Shown here: in pieces, positions 38,523 to 49,949 of the stretch
Layout of the letters: each line of letters begins with the position of its first letter
How positions within the stretch are numbered: position 1 is the first letter of the stretch
Program-made: the position numbers and the translations under genes
The notes under the pieces: model-generated
Databases searched by the model: none
What the model was told of the DNA's origin: nothing
Seen by the model: the letters and a program-made list of their open reading frames with translations, nothing else
DNA from: Stegostoma tigrinum
Taxonomy: Eukaryota
NCBI RefSeq assembly: GCF_030684315.1
Contig: NC_081355.1
Span: forward strand, 130,195,178-130,259,177
Direction: 5' to 3'
DNA length: 64,000 nucleotides

Positions 38523-39519
38523 TCCCTCTCATGCAATAGCTTTTATCCCTTCAATTAGTAGTTATGTGAATTTCCCAGACAACAAGTTTCAACAAGCTGT
38601 GTCTTTCGTCAGCAATACTGATTTAGCTTTTGACTTAATTCGATTAAACTTTTTTTGAATAAAAGATTAATTCTTACGTGAGAGAGAAGGATGGCAGTTT
38701 CATTATCACTACCACAGGAAAATCCAGGCCACGAGTTTACTCTTCCACCATCACATACAGCCTATCATGTATTAGGTATGTAGAACTTACATAACTTCCT
38801 CAAAATTTCACAAAATGAATTAAGCAAATCGCATAATATTTAGCCAATTATCCTAATCCCTTCACTTCCAAACAACTCCTGCCTTTTCTGTTTCCAATTT
38901 CCTGCAATACACCACACCCATCCAAATTAAGTTCATCTCCAGAGTTTGAGTACATGTTCCAGATGGGCACAGAAGGCAGTTTTAGATGATATACTAAATC
39001 ATTCTTTCACATTGATGTCAAATGTTCCATACCATTACTCAAAGCAAATTGATCTCCTGGTGCCCTGACCATTAAATCACTCGATTGAAATAATTCAAAT
39101 AGATTACCCAGTTATATAATTTATTGCTGTTTGTGGGACCTTGTTGCTTCCAAATTAGCTGTGTTGCTTCCACTGGACACAGCAACAACCAAATCTCAAA
39201 TGTACTTGCCTGGTTGAAAATTGACTCACGACCACACCATGGAGTGAAAGGTCAAAAAATGCTTTCAAATCCTATGAGCTAACTATGTCAATAAGCGATG
39301 CCCTTAACATGGTGCAATACATATTAGCTTCTGCACAAATTAAGCTTCTTCAAATCCCACTCCATTCATCGTACTGATCTGTGTTGATGAAAGAAAATAT
39401 TCAACATGTTTTCAAACAAAAGAAGAATGTTAAAAATTCCAGTACTAGAATGATGGTATGAATATTAATCCTGTACAACAATGGCACAGCAAATGACAGT
39501 GATGCAGCAGTGAACATGC

Positions 39520-41820
39520 TCCTGATGACGAGCAAGTCCAGAACCAGGGGTCACAGTCTACGGTTACATGATAAACCATTCAGGAAAGAGATGAAGAGAA
39601 ATTCCTTCACCTGGAGAGAGTAGTAAGCTTGTGGAATTCACTACCACACAGAAACCAAAACGAGGCCAAAAATTCTACGCGTTCAAGGAGGAGTTAGGCA
39701 AACCACTTACGGCAAAAGGGATCAAAGGATATGACAAGAAATAGAAATAAGATATTGAATTGACGATCAGCCATGATCATAATGAATGGAGGATCAAGCT
39801 CAAAGGGCCAAGTGGCCCACTGCTGCTGTTATTTTCTATGCTTCTTCAAACAAGTGAGGCATAGTTCTTAACAAACATACGTATCAACACATTATTACAA
39901 AAACATTAAGAGTCTATCATAAAGGATTGAACAGCACATTTAGAAATGCACAACATCAAACAGAATCAGTATGGCTTCAAAGGTCAAAGAACAGTACAGT
40001 ACACGAACAGGTCCCTTGCCCATCAAGACTGTGCCAACACGTTATACCTTTCTGAAATAATTTTTTTTTACATCTACATGGTGCATATCACTCTATTCCC
40101 TGCCTACTCAACTGTCAAGATACCTCTCCAACCTTGCTATTACATCTGCTTCTACCAGCTCCACTCGCAGCACATTCCAGGCACTTACCACACTCTGTAA
40201 AAAAACCTTGCCTTTCATATTTCCTTTAAACTTACCCCCTTTTATCTTAAATCTGTGTGCCCTAGTTACTGACATTTCTCCTCTGGCGAAAAAAAAACTG
40301 ACTATCCATGCCTCTCAATTTTGTAAACTTCTTTCAGATCACCCCGCAGCCTCCAACATTTAAGTGAAAACAAACCAAGTTTGTCCAATTTCTTCTCAAG
40401 TTAATGCTCTTCAAACCAGGCAACATCCTGGTAAACATTTCTGTACTGTTTTCAAAGCATCCACATCCATCTGGTAGTGTGCACACCAAAACTGTACACA
40501 ATGTTCCAAATGTGGCCTAACTAAAATTCTATAAAACTGCAACATGATTTGCCAATTTCTATGCGTTACGCCCTGACCAATAAAGGCAAACATGCCATTC
40601 TCCTTCTTGATCATCCAACTCACATGTTTGTTACTGCAGATGCCTAATCCTTCTGTATACTAATGCTTCTAAGAGTTCTCCCATTTACCGTACACTTCCT
40701 GCTTTCAGACATTCTAAAATGCTTTACCTCACATTTGCCCGGATTAGATTCCATCTGCCATTTCTCTGCCCAAATCATAAAGGAGGTGGTGGTAACAAGC
40801 AGGATTCAATAAGTGGGAAACAGTGGGTGCAACATATTAACATTTCCAAAAGGCATCTGATAAGTAACTTAAACCTGAGGTATGTTAAGATAACAGCACA
40901 TGGTGTGAGAGCAAGATTAGTTAACTAACAGAAGACAGAGTTGGGATGGCAACCTACAACTAGTGCAGCACCAGAAGAATCAGTGCTAAGGTCACAGATA
41001 TTGATATATTTGGATGAGGAATGTACATGCACTACAGCCAAGTTTGCAGATGACAAAATAGAAGAGAATGCAAGTGGTGAAGATAACACTAGAGTCTCCA
41101 GACGGACATAGGTTAAGCAAGCGGGCAAAAATTAGGCAGATGAAATAAAATGAGAGAAAATAAGTGATTTAAGGAAAGAGAAGTTGAGTATAATTTAAAA
41201 TGGAGAAAGCTACAGCATAAGGGATGTGGGATTCCTCATACATAAATCATGAAAAGCCAGTATACAAGTTCAGCAGGAATTAATAGGGAAATGGAGTATA
41301 ACAATAGCAAATTCTCACTAACAAATATAGAAAGCTGCACTGAGACCACACCTGGAATACTGTGATGGGTTTTGGTCCTCTTATCTCAGCTAAGATTTAC
41401 TGACGTTGAAGGTAGTCCAGAAAAAAACTCATGAGGTTGATCCCAGCTATGGAGAGAGTACAGAATGGCTGAGTAGACTGGGCCTGTACTTTTAGTTCAG
41501 CAGAATGAAGCGTGAGCTTATTGAAATATGCAAGATTCTTACAGAACTTGACAGAGTAGACGCAGAAAGGTCATTAACCCTCATGTGAGAATCTGGAACT
41601 AGAGGGCATAATCTCAGAAAACACTGCATATTTAAAAACAGTAACAAGGAGGAATTTCTTGTCTTGGGGGTAGTGAATCTGTGGGTTATCAAGTATATTC
41701 AAGAAACTGTCAGATTTTCAGCCAAAACAAAACATGCAGAAAAGGTAGCAAAGGGGAGTTGATAGTTTTCAGATCTCACTAAACAGCAGAACTTGCTACC
41801 TCTGCTCCTACATCTAATGG
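39520..41820. mobile_element. Cluster of decayed CR1 pieces (plus 39520-39842, minus 39985-40775, plus 40850-41820)
   Basis: LVRPHLEHCVQFW on the minus strand, KFADDK on the plus strand, and CR1 3' tails. Confidence 0.8.
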
Positions 41821-43774
41821 CATTAAGATATTGAAATGGTTGAAAAGAAATATTTAAATATCATCCAAAAAAAATTTTACATCTAACTATACTCTAGAGT
41901 ATAGAGTTTATTCTCTGTTCTCAAAATTCTACCAGAGCTTTTTTGGACACTGAAGATGGGGAAAAAAGACACTAGAGAAGTTTTTGCAGAAATGACCAGG
42001 AGATTAATTAAAACTATTCAGCCGATTTAGAAAGTAGTAACTTTACCCTCAGAACAAGAAACATTAAGAATTGATTGGCTTTGGTTCTACGATAGGGACT
42101 TATTTTGCGAAGACTAGGATCGAGTTCAGGTGTAATGCTTTCCATTTCACACAGTCCAGTAACACTCAATGTCAAGGTTCACAGGATTCTAGACACTTGG
42201 AATTAATTTTATTGGAAAAATTTAACTTGCTGCCTGGGGATTAAGTGGCATAACACAGTCACTGGAAAGAAGTGCAAAAGGGAAAATGGAGGGCAAGAAA
42301 GTGAATTGGTATTCCTGTCCAGACTTCTGGAAGATAGTTACAGGAACTCTGATGATGACAGTAATGAAAACAATTTTCTTGGGGGTTGAACTAGGAGTCA
42401 TTTATGGCCGATTACTGAGGGGGTGCATCTTTTTATTTTACTGCTGCAGTCCTTAAGCGAGAATATTGCCCTACTATGAGTGTGGCACAAGTTGATAAAT
42501 GAATTGTCATACAAACAAGAAAGTCAGAATGGTATGTATCATGGAACAGAATCTGGCATGTAATGGTGTTCTGAAGAGAGGCAGCAGCTATCTAAGTACA
42601 CTCTCACATTAAGAAAAAAAGGTGTAGTCCTAATCTAGTGGCAGAGGGAGGATAATTTTGACTGATGTCAAGACATCTTGTGTATTATCGTGACTAGCTA
42701 TCCAGACCAGCGGTAAGTATTTGACTGTCCTCCTAACCTTACATTTGTAAAGTGAAGGGACTAAGTCACCACGTGACAAGAAACCAAAATTGCAACCCTG
42801 CTCTAATAGTCAAAATACACATGGTTCATGGAAAATTGTGACCAGTGCTTTGGGGCCTGACAACCCTATTTTTTTTTTAAACTAAGTATCTTGGAGGAAA
42901 GCATAGAGATGGTGAGTTCAAGATCCATTCAAGGAATTTCCGCTGTGATGCCCTGGAGCTGAAATGGCTTGCTCTAAAATCCAAAGCTAATTCCAAGGAA
43001 AATTTGCTATGTCTCTAGGGATTTGAGGATCTTCTTCAGTTTTGCAGGGGTCCCTTGATGGCCTAGTCAGTCTAATGCTGCTCTAAATGCCAAGACCAAT
43101 ACCCTTGCCCTTCCTTTAATATTAAAGTCTTGATCCAAATCGAGGGTCAAAAAGGTACAAAGAAGAAGTCCGAAGCAAAGTAGCAACTTGTAGAACTCAA
43201 GTGAATGCAATAGCGTAAACTGTCCCTTGCTGATACTATTGACCAATCGGCCATGATTTCAGGAATGTGTATTGTGTCAATTTCTTTTGTCATTTCTCCC
43301 ACTGAGCCCGATTCCCTCATTCTGGAGGTGTAACACTAAATTGAGTTTCTTTTCCACAACTCTGTCAAATAAAAAGGAAGCAGTTCACAGCTGCCAGTCT
43401 CCAGAATCCAAGCCAAAAAGGTGCAAATAGACAAATAATGCGTGATTTCCCATAGCCAAGTAAACCTTCCGATAAACCTAACTCAAAGTTGGTAAAGACT
43501 CTTCCAGTGATGCCTAACCTGAAGTTACCCTGCTCCCTCCGGACAAACCTCAGGGGATCGCTATCCCACTGCAACTGTCTTGTAATCTCTTCGGCCTTGA
43601 AACTGCTCCATCCCTGCCCCTTTAACTTATCTGTCTCCTCTCCACCCATCTTCTCCTCTATCCATCTTCAATCCACCTCCCCCTCTCTCCCTGTTTATTT
43701 CAGAACCCTCTCGCCATCCCCCTTTTCTGAAGAAAGGTCTCGGCCCGAAACGTCAACTTTTATGCTCCAAAGAT

Positions 43775-43781
43775 ATGGGGG

Positions 43782-43835
<54 letters not shown>

Positions 43836-45287
43836 CCACTGGAGTCGTACCTGAGGACTGGAGAGAGGCAAATGTAATTCCTCTCTTCAAGAAAGGAAAT
43901 AGGGAAATCCCCGGCAATTACAGACCGGTAAGTCTCACGTCTGTCGTCTGCAAGGTGTTAGAAAGGATTCTGAGGGATAAGATTTATGACCATCTGGAAG
44001 AGCATGGCTTGATCAAATACAGTCAACACGGCTTTGTGAGGGGTAGGTCATGCCTTACAAACCTTATAGAGTTTTTTGAGGATGTGACTAGTAAGGTTGA
44101 TGAGGGTCAAGCTGTGGATGTGGTGTATATGGACTTCAGTAAGGCATTTGATAAGGTTCCCCATGGAAGGCTCATTCAGAAGGTCAGGAGGAATGGGATA
44201 CAGGGGAACTTAGCTGCTTGGATACAGAATTGGCTGGCCAACAGAAGACAGCGAGTGGTAGTAGAAGGAAAATATTCTGCCTGGAAGTCAGTGGTGAGTG
44301 GGGTTCCACAGGGCTCTGTCCTTGGGCCTCTACTGTTTGTAATTTTTATTAATGACTTGGACGAGGGAATTGAAGGATGGGTCAGCAAGTTTGCAGACGA
44401 CACAAAGGTCGGAGGTGTCGTTGACAGTGTAGAGGGCTGTTGTAGGCTGCAGCGGGACATTGACAGGATGCAGAGATGGGCTGAGAGGTGGCAGATGGAG
44501 TTCAACCTGGATAAATGCGAGGTGATGCATTTTGGAAGGTCGAATTTGAAAGCTGAGTACAGGATTAAGGATAGGATTCTTGGCAGCGTGGAGGAACAGA
44601 GGGATCTTGGTGTGCAGATACATAGATCCCTTAAAATGGCCACCCAAGTGGACAGGGTTGTTAAGAAAGCATATGGTGTTTTGGCTTTCATTAACAGGGG
44701 GATTGAGTTTAAGAGTCGTGAGATCTTGTTGCAGCTCTATAAAACTTTGGTTAGACCGCACTTGGAATACTGCGTCCAGTTCTGGGCGCCCTATTATAGG
44801 AAAGATGTGGATGCTTTGGAGAGGGTTCAGAGGAGGTTTACCAGGATGCTGCCTGGACTGGAGGGCTTATCTTATGAAGAGAGGTTGACTGAGCTCGGTC
44901 TCTTTTCATTGGAGAAAAGGAGGAGGAGAGGGGACCTAATTGAGGTATACAAGATAATGAGAGGCATAGATAGAGTCGATAGCCAGAGACTATTTCCCAG
45001 GGCAGAAATGGCTAGCACGAGGGGTCATAGTTTTAAGCTGGTTGGTGGAAAGTATAGAGGGGATGTCAGAGGCAGGTTCTTTACGCAGAGAGTTGTGAGA
45101 GCATGGAATGCGTTGCCAGCAGCAGTTGTGGAATCAAGGTCATTGGGGTCATTTAAGAGACTGCTGGACATGCATATGGTCACAGAAATTTGAGGGTGCA
45201 TCCATGAGGATCAATGGTCGGCACAACATTGTGGGCTGAAGGGCCTGTTCTGTGCTGTACTGTTCTATGTTCTATGTTCTATGTTCT
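43775..45287 (+). mobile_element. Young 5'-truncated CR1 (HER1-type) LINE with uninterrupted RT/C-terminal ORF2
   Basis: About 450 aa without stops ([58 protein letters not shown]), stop at 45193, (TGTTCTA)4 tail at 45261-45288, probable TSD AAAGAT at 43769-43774 and 45288-45293. Confidence 0.96.
43777..43833 (+). repeat. G8(AG)24 microsatellite at the CR1 5' junction
   Basis: Direct reading. Confidence 0.97.
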
Positions 45288-45762
45288 AAAGATGCTGCTT
45301 GGCCTGCAGCGTTCATCCAGCTCCACACTTTGTTATCCGTAAAGTTGGTAAACACAACTCATGAATAACTAGCTTCAGGTAACAATCACTAAAATTGTTC
45401 TCCAGGCAGGGGAAGCTTTGCCACGGCATTTTGTTAATTTTTTTTAAAAATTGCATAATGTGGTTAAGTTCCAGCAATTCTTCTGCCCTTGGCACAAAAC
45501 AAAGACTGACTAGAGCTGCATCTTCTCTACCATTGCTTTAGTTCAAATTCAAACAACTTTTATTTTTGCAAGCTAGCCAGTTTCTGGCATTTATACGACA
45601 TAGCCCAGCTTCTTTACCCAGTAGCAGACTCAGACCAGGTATTTCACTAGCATAGTAGATTTAAATAGTAATTTTGGTGGTTAACCGCTGCATAATTGTT
45701 GGAAGACAAAAAGGGCCCGTTTGTCTGTATTACTCACAATGTGAAAGTAATTTCTTGTTCTT

Positions 45763-46062
45763 GCACACAGTGGCTCAGTGGTTAGCACTGCTGCCTCACA
45801 GTACCTTGGACCAGAGTTCAATTCCAGACATGGGCAACTGTGTGTAAAGTTTACACATTCTCCCTGTGCCTGCGTGGGTTTCCTCCGGGTGCTCCAGTCT
45901 CCTCCCACAGTCCAAAGATGTGCAGGTTAGGTGGATTGGTTATTGTAAATGCAGGGTTACAGGGATAGGGTTGGGGATTTGATTCTGGGTGGGACGCTCT
46001 TCGGAGGGTCAGTGTGGACTTGCTGGGTGGAATGGCTTGTTTTCCACACCGTAGCGATTCTT
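45763..46062 (+). mobile_element. HE1-type V-SINE
   Basis: tRNA head gtggctcagtggttagcactgctgcctcacag...gagttcaattcc, V-domain gtgggtttcctccgggtgctccagtctcctcccacagtccaaagatgtgcaggttag, CR1-like tail. Confidence 0.9.
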
Positions 46063-46699
46063 TGAAAAACACCAATATGGACAGCAGAATCTTAACAATT
46101 ATGAAATTTTAAAGAACACAATAGGATTAAAAAAACATGAAAATACTAAAATGTAATAAACCAGTTTAATTTCAAAATATTATGACCCAGGCTCATTTGT
46201 TATATCCAACTTACATCCAAAACCAATCCTTCAGAAAACTAAAGATAATTTGTATTCAGCACTAATATAGACACTAGAATATTGCTGAAATCAAAACTTT
46301 TGTTTGAAGAGACACTTGTCAACAAAAAGAAGCAACTTGTATATTCTTTGGAGCTGTCATGGTTTCAGCAGGCAATGCCTAGGAATTTGTCACATCAAGT
46401 AATTACACTTCCCCCACTATACAATTTTTCTACAACCAATTATATGTTGCTGTAAACCCAAATAATTCAGATAATTCTCTGTTCAATGACAGACACACCC
46501 TCCCCACACTCTGGCCAAAAAGATGAACAATCATGTTGATACTAGTCTTTATAATAACAAAAATACATGGAGAACCTTTTCTCCTTGGTCTCTGGAAAAA
46601 TAAACCTTGCATCCAGTCCTTACCAATAATAATAGGACAATGGATGAAGAAACATCAAGGGCATACATCTACATCACACTAAAGTGCAATACATCAGTC

Positions 46700-47140
46700 G
46701 GGATCATAGTGTAAAAAGAGGCCATTGGGCCTATCACGTCTGCACCAGCTCTGAGCATTTTGACTTACTATCAATCTCTTGCCTTTTTCCCCACAAACCT
46801 GACAGTGTTCCTATTTAAATATTTAGCTAGAGCCCTCTCGAATGTCACAACTGAACGTGCCTCGACCACACTTCCAGGCATTCCAACCCTTAACCACAGT
46901 CTATGTGAAAAAGTTTCTTCTAACTTTGTATTTGTTTTCTTTTGCCCTCACTGACATTTCCAATGTAACAAGTTAGCACAGTTTGCAATCTCAGAAATTT
47001 AATTAGTAATGCGTTAATGGGTTATGGAAAGCAGGCAGGCAAGCAGAATTGAGGCCTAGATGAGATCAACCATGATCATATCAAATGGTGCAGCAGGCTT
47101 AAGCGGTTGAATTGCCTCCTCCTGCCCCTAGCTTTTATAG
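46700..47140. mobile_element. Short CR1 3' tails (minus 46700-46940, plus 47010-47140)
   Basis: gaggccattgggcctatcacgtctgcacc; gcagcaggcttaagcggttgaattgcctcctcctgcccct. Confidence 0.55.
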
Positions 47141-47655
47141 TGAATTTAATATTCGTAAGAGAAAAATCAGAAAAAAAAAATCAACATTTAAAAAGTAGTT
47201 TGTGAACTGCAGGATCACATTCTTGTCGTCCACATGCACCCATCACATTTCACAGTTACAGTCCATATCCAAGTTAGCACCTAGTTGAAACCAATTCGGT
47301 TACCTCACATGACAGTAAGCGGCTATGTTGTGGTTAGTCTTTGTAGAACCCAATTATTGTTCTCCATATTAACTCTACCCTGCACTGCTATATAAGTGCT
47401 TGGCCTTACTGACCTACTTATCGAGAACATCCGGCTAATTTGAACAAATGGGAAGGAAGGAGTTACATTTGTAAATATGATTTTAGAACTTAATGTTCGT
47501 TAACATCTGCAGTTCTGATTCCACTCAGTCGCAGAAATTCCACACAGTCTATTTCAATGGATCTAGAAATATACAAATGAAATTAGGTTCAAGAGAACAA
47601 AATTTCCCCTGTTCATACATTGAAAACTACAAGACTAATGTCCCTTCCCCAACAC

Positions 47656-49375
47656 AATCCAAGATAATAAAATGTGAGGCTGGATGAACACAGCAGGCCA
47701 AGCAGCATCTCAGGAGCACAAAAGCTGACGTTTCGGGCCTAGACCCTTCATCAGAGAGGGGGATGGGGAGAGGGAACGGGAATAAATAGGGAGAGAGGGG
47801 GAGGCGGACCAAAGATGGAGAGGAAACAAGATAGGTAGAGAGGAGAGTACAGGTGAGGAGGTAGGGAGGGGATCGGTCAGTCCAGGGAAGACAGACAGGT
47901 CAAGGAGGCGGGATGAGGTGGTAGGTAGGAAACGGAGGTGCGAATTGGGGTGGGAGCAAGGGATGGGTGAGAGGAAGAACAGGTTAGGGAAGCAGAGACA
48001 GGCGGGGCTGGTTTTGGGATGCAGTGGGGGGAGGGGACGAGCTGGGCTGGTTTTGGGATGCAGTGGGGGGAGGGGAGATTTTGAAGCTTGTGAAGTCCAC
48101 ATTGATACCATTGGGCTGCAGGGTTCCCAAGCGGAATATGAGTTGCTGTTCCTGCAACCTTCGGGTGGCATCATTGTGGCACTGCAGGAGGCCCATGATG
48201 GACATGTCGTCTAAGGAATGGGAGGGGGAGTTAAAATGGTTCGCGACTGGGAGGTGCAGTAGTATGTTGCGAACCGAGCGGAGGTGTTCTGCAAAGCAGT
48301 CCCCAAGCCTCCGCTTGGTTTCCCCAATGTAGAGGGAGCCACACCAGGTGCAACGGATACAATATACCACGTTGGCAGATGAACATCTGCTTGATATGGA
48401 AGGTCATCTTGGGGCCTGGGATAGGGGTGAGGGAGGATGCGTGGGGGCAAGTGTAGCACTTCCTGCGGTTGCAGGGGAAGGTGCCGGGTGTGGTGGGGTT
48501 GGAGGGCAGATTGGAGCGGACAACGGAGTCGCAGAGAGAGTGGTCTCTCCGAAAGGCAGACGAGGTTGGGGATGGAAAAATAGCTTGGGTGGTGCGGTCG
48601 GATTGTAGATGGCAGAAGTGTCGGAGGATGATGATACGTTGTATCCGGAGGGTGGTGAGGTGGTACGTGAGAACGAGGGGGATCCTCTGGGGGCAGTTGT
48701 GGCAGGGGCGGGGTGTGAGGGATGTGTTGCGGGAAATGCGGGAGACGCGGTCAAGGGCGTTCTCGACCACTGCGGCAGGGGGGAACGTTGCGGTCCTTGA
48801 AGAATGTGGACATCTGAGATGTGCGGGAGTGGAAAGCCTCATCGTGGGAGCAGATGCGGCAGAGGCAGAGGAATTGGGAATAGGGGATAGAATTTTTGCA
48901 GGAGGGTGGGTGGGAGGAGGTGTATTCTAGGTAGCTGTGGGAGTCGGTGGGCTTGAAATGGACATCAGTTACAAGCTGGTTGCCTGAGATGGAGACTGAG
49001 AGGTCCAGGAAGGTGAGGGATGTGTTAGAGATGGCCCAGGTGAACTTGAGGTTGGGTGGAAGGTGTTGGTGAAGTGGATGAACTGTTCGAGCTCCTCTGG
49101 AGAGCAAGAGGCGGCGCCGATACAGTCATCAATGTAACGGAGGAAGACGTGGGGTTTGGGGCCTGTGTTGGTGTGGAAGAGGGACTGTTCCACGTAACCT
49201 ACAAAGAGGCAGGCATAGCTTGGGTCCATGCGGGTACCCATGGCCACCCCCTTTGTCTGTAGGAAGTGGGAGGAATCGAAAGAGAAGTTGTTGAGGGTGA
49301 GGACGAGTTCGGCTAGGCGGATTGGTCGTGCCTGCGGGACAGGAAGAAGCGGAGGGCCTCATGGCTCCGGACACA
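47656..49375 (-). mobile_element. Penelope-like element (Neptune-type), 5'-truncated, frameshifted RT + Cys linker + GIY-YIG endonuclease + 3' terminal repeat
   Basis: AMGTRMDPSYACLFVGYVEQ, FLRYIDDCIG (RT catalytic motif), FLDLSV, KPTDSHSYL, PCNRRKCYTC (Zn-finger-like linker), VYCIRC..CGSLYIGETKR (GIY-YIG), LGTLQPNGIN. Confidence 0.95.
47724..47757 (-). ncRNA. Minimal type I hammerhead ribozyme-like motif in the PLE terminal repeat
   Basis: CU-CUGAUGA-A-GGGU(CUAG)GCCC-GAAA-CG-UC|AG. All core nucleotides are present. Stem II is 4 bp, stem III is reduced to the ACGU palindrome, stem I is only 2 bp. Predicted cut between 47727 and 47726. Confidence 0.7.
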
Positions 49376-49480
49376 GATGGTTTCTTTTTGTTTTCCTTCC
49401 CTGTCGCACCTTAGAGGAAGTTGTGACTAAAAGTATGATCCAGCCTGATGGATAAAATATCACCATTTTCTTGATTTATC

Positions 49481-49810
49481 CATGGGATGTGGACATTGGT
49501 GGCAATCCAAGATCTGTTATACATCCTTAAATGCACGTGAAATGACAGCATTTAAGAGTCAAATGCCTTGCTGTGGATCTGGAGTCGCATGTAGGCCAGA
49601 CCAAGTAAGGGCAGCAGTTTCCTTCCCTGAAGGACATTTGTGAATCAAGTGGGTTTTTCTGAATTTTTTCATGATCATCATTAGAATCCAGAATTTTGTT
49701 CAAATTCTTCTATCTGCCATGGTGGGATTCAAACCTAGGTCCCCAGAACATTACCTGGGTATATGGGGATTAACCATCCAACAATTACAACACGAGGCAT
49801 TCGCCTCCCT
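49481..49810 (-). mobile_element. tRNA-derived SINE (family of 2329-2690)
   Basis: ggagtcgcatgtaggccagaccaagtaagggcagcagtttccttccctgaaggacatt...ctgccatggtgggattcaaacc...gcctcccc. Confidence 0.8.
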
Positions 49811-49949
49811 GCCAAGGCAGGATTTGAACCCTCCTCCCAAAACACATCTCCAAACTCCAAGACCTAAGACCCTGCCCCCTCTTCTGCATCTAGGTCCTTG
49901 ACATCCTGACCCGCAGACCACAATCAGTAAGGAGAAGCGACAACTGAGC

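Larger units (their letters stand above)
43497..45340 (+). mobile_element. Internally deleted PLE mini-element (ORF start + 3' UTR + hammerhead-like core + terminus), split by a CR1 insertion; 12-bp TSD
   Basis: 43497-43605 ORF-start segment, 43605-43726 pyrimidine-rich 3' UTR, core CTGAAGA-A-AGGTCTCGGCCC-GAAACGTC-AA at 43727-43756, terminus resumes at 45288-45337. TSD AAAGTTGGTAAA at 43485-43496 and 45341-45352. Confidence 0.8.

Noticed and set aside
43775-45193. 472-aa ORF as a host gene
   Set aside because: It is truncated CR1 ORF2. The Met and the ER repeat come from the junction microsatellite.
43330-45620. Possible solo LTR flanking the PLE/CR1 nest (also LTR-like text at 60500-60690)
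   Set aside because: No second copy, PBS/PPT or clear TG...CA plus TSD could be verified by eye.
45763-45830. tRNA-like A/B boxes (also 61473-61545 and 27225-27140)
   Set aside because: These are SINE heads continuing into SINE bodies; there is no complete cloverleaf.
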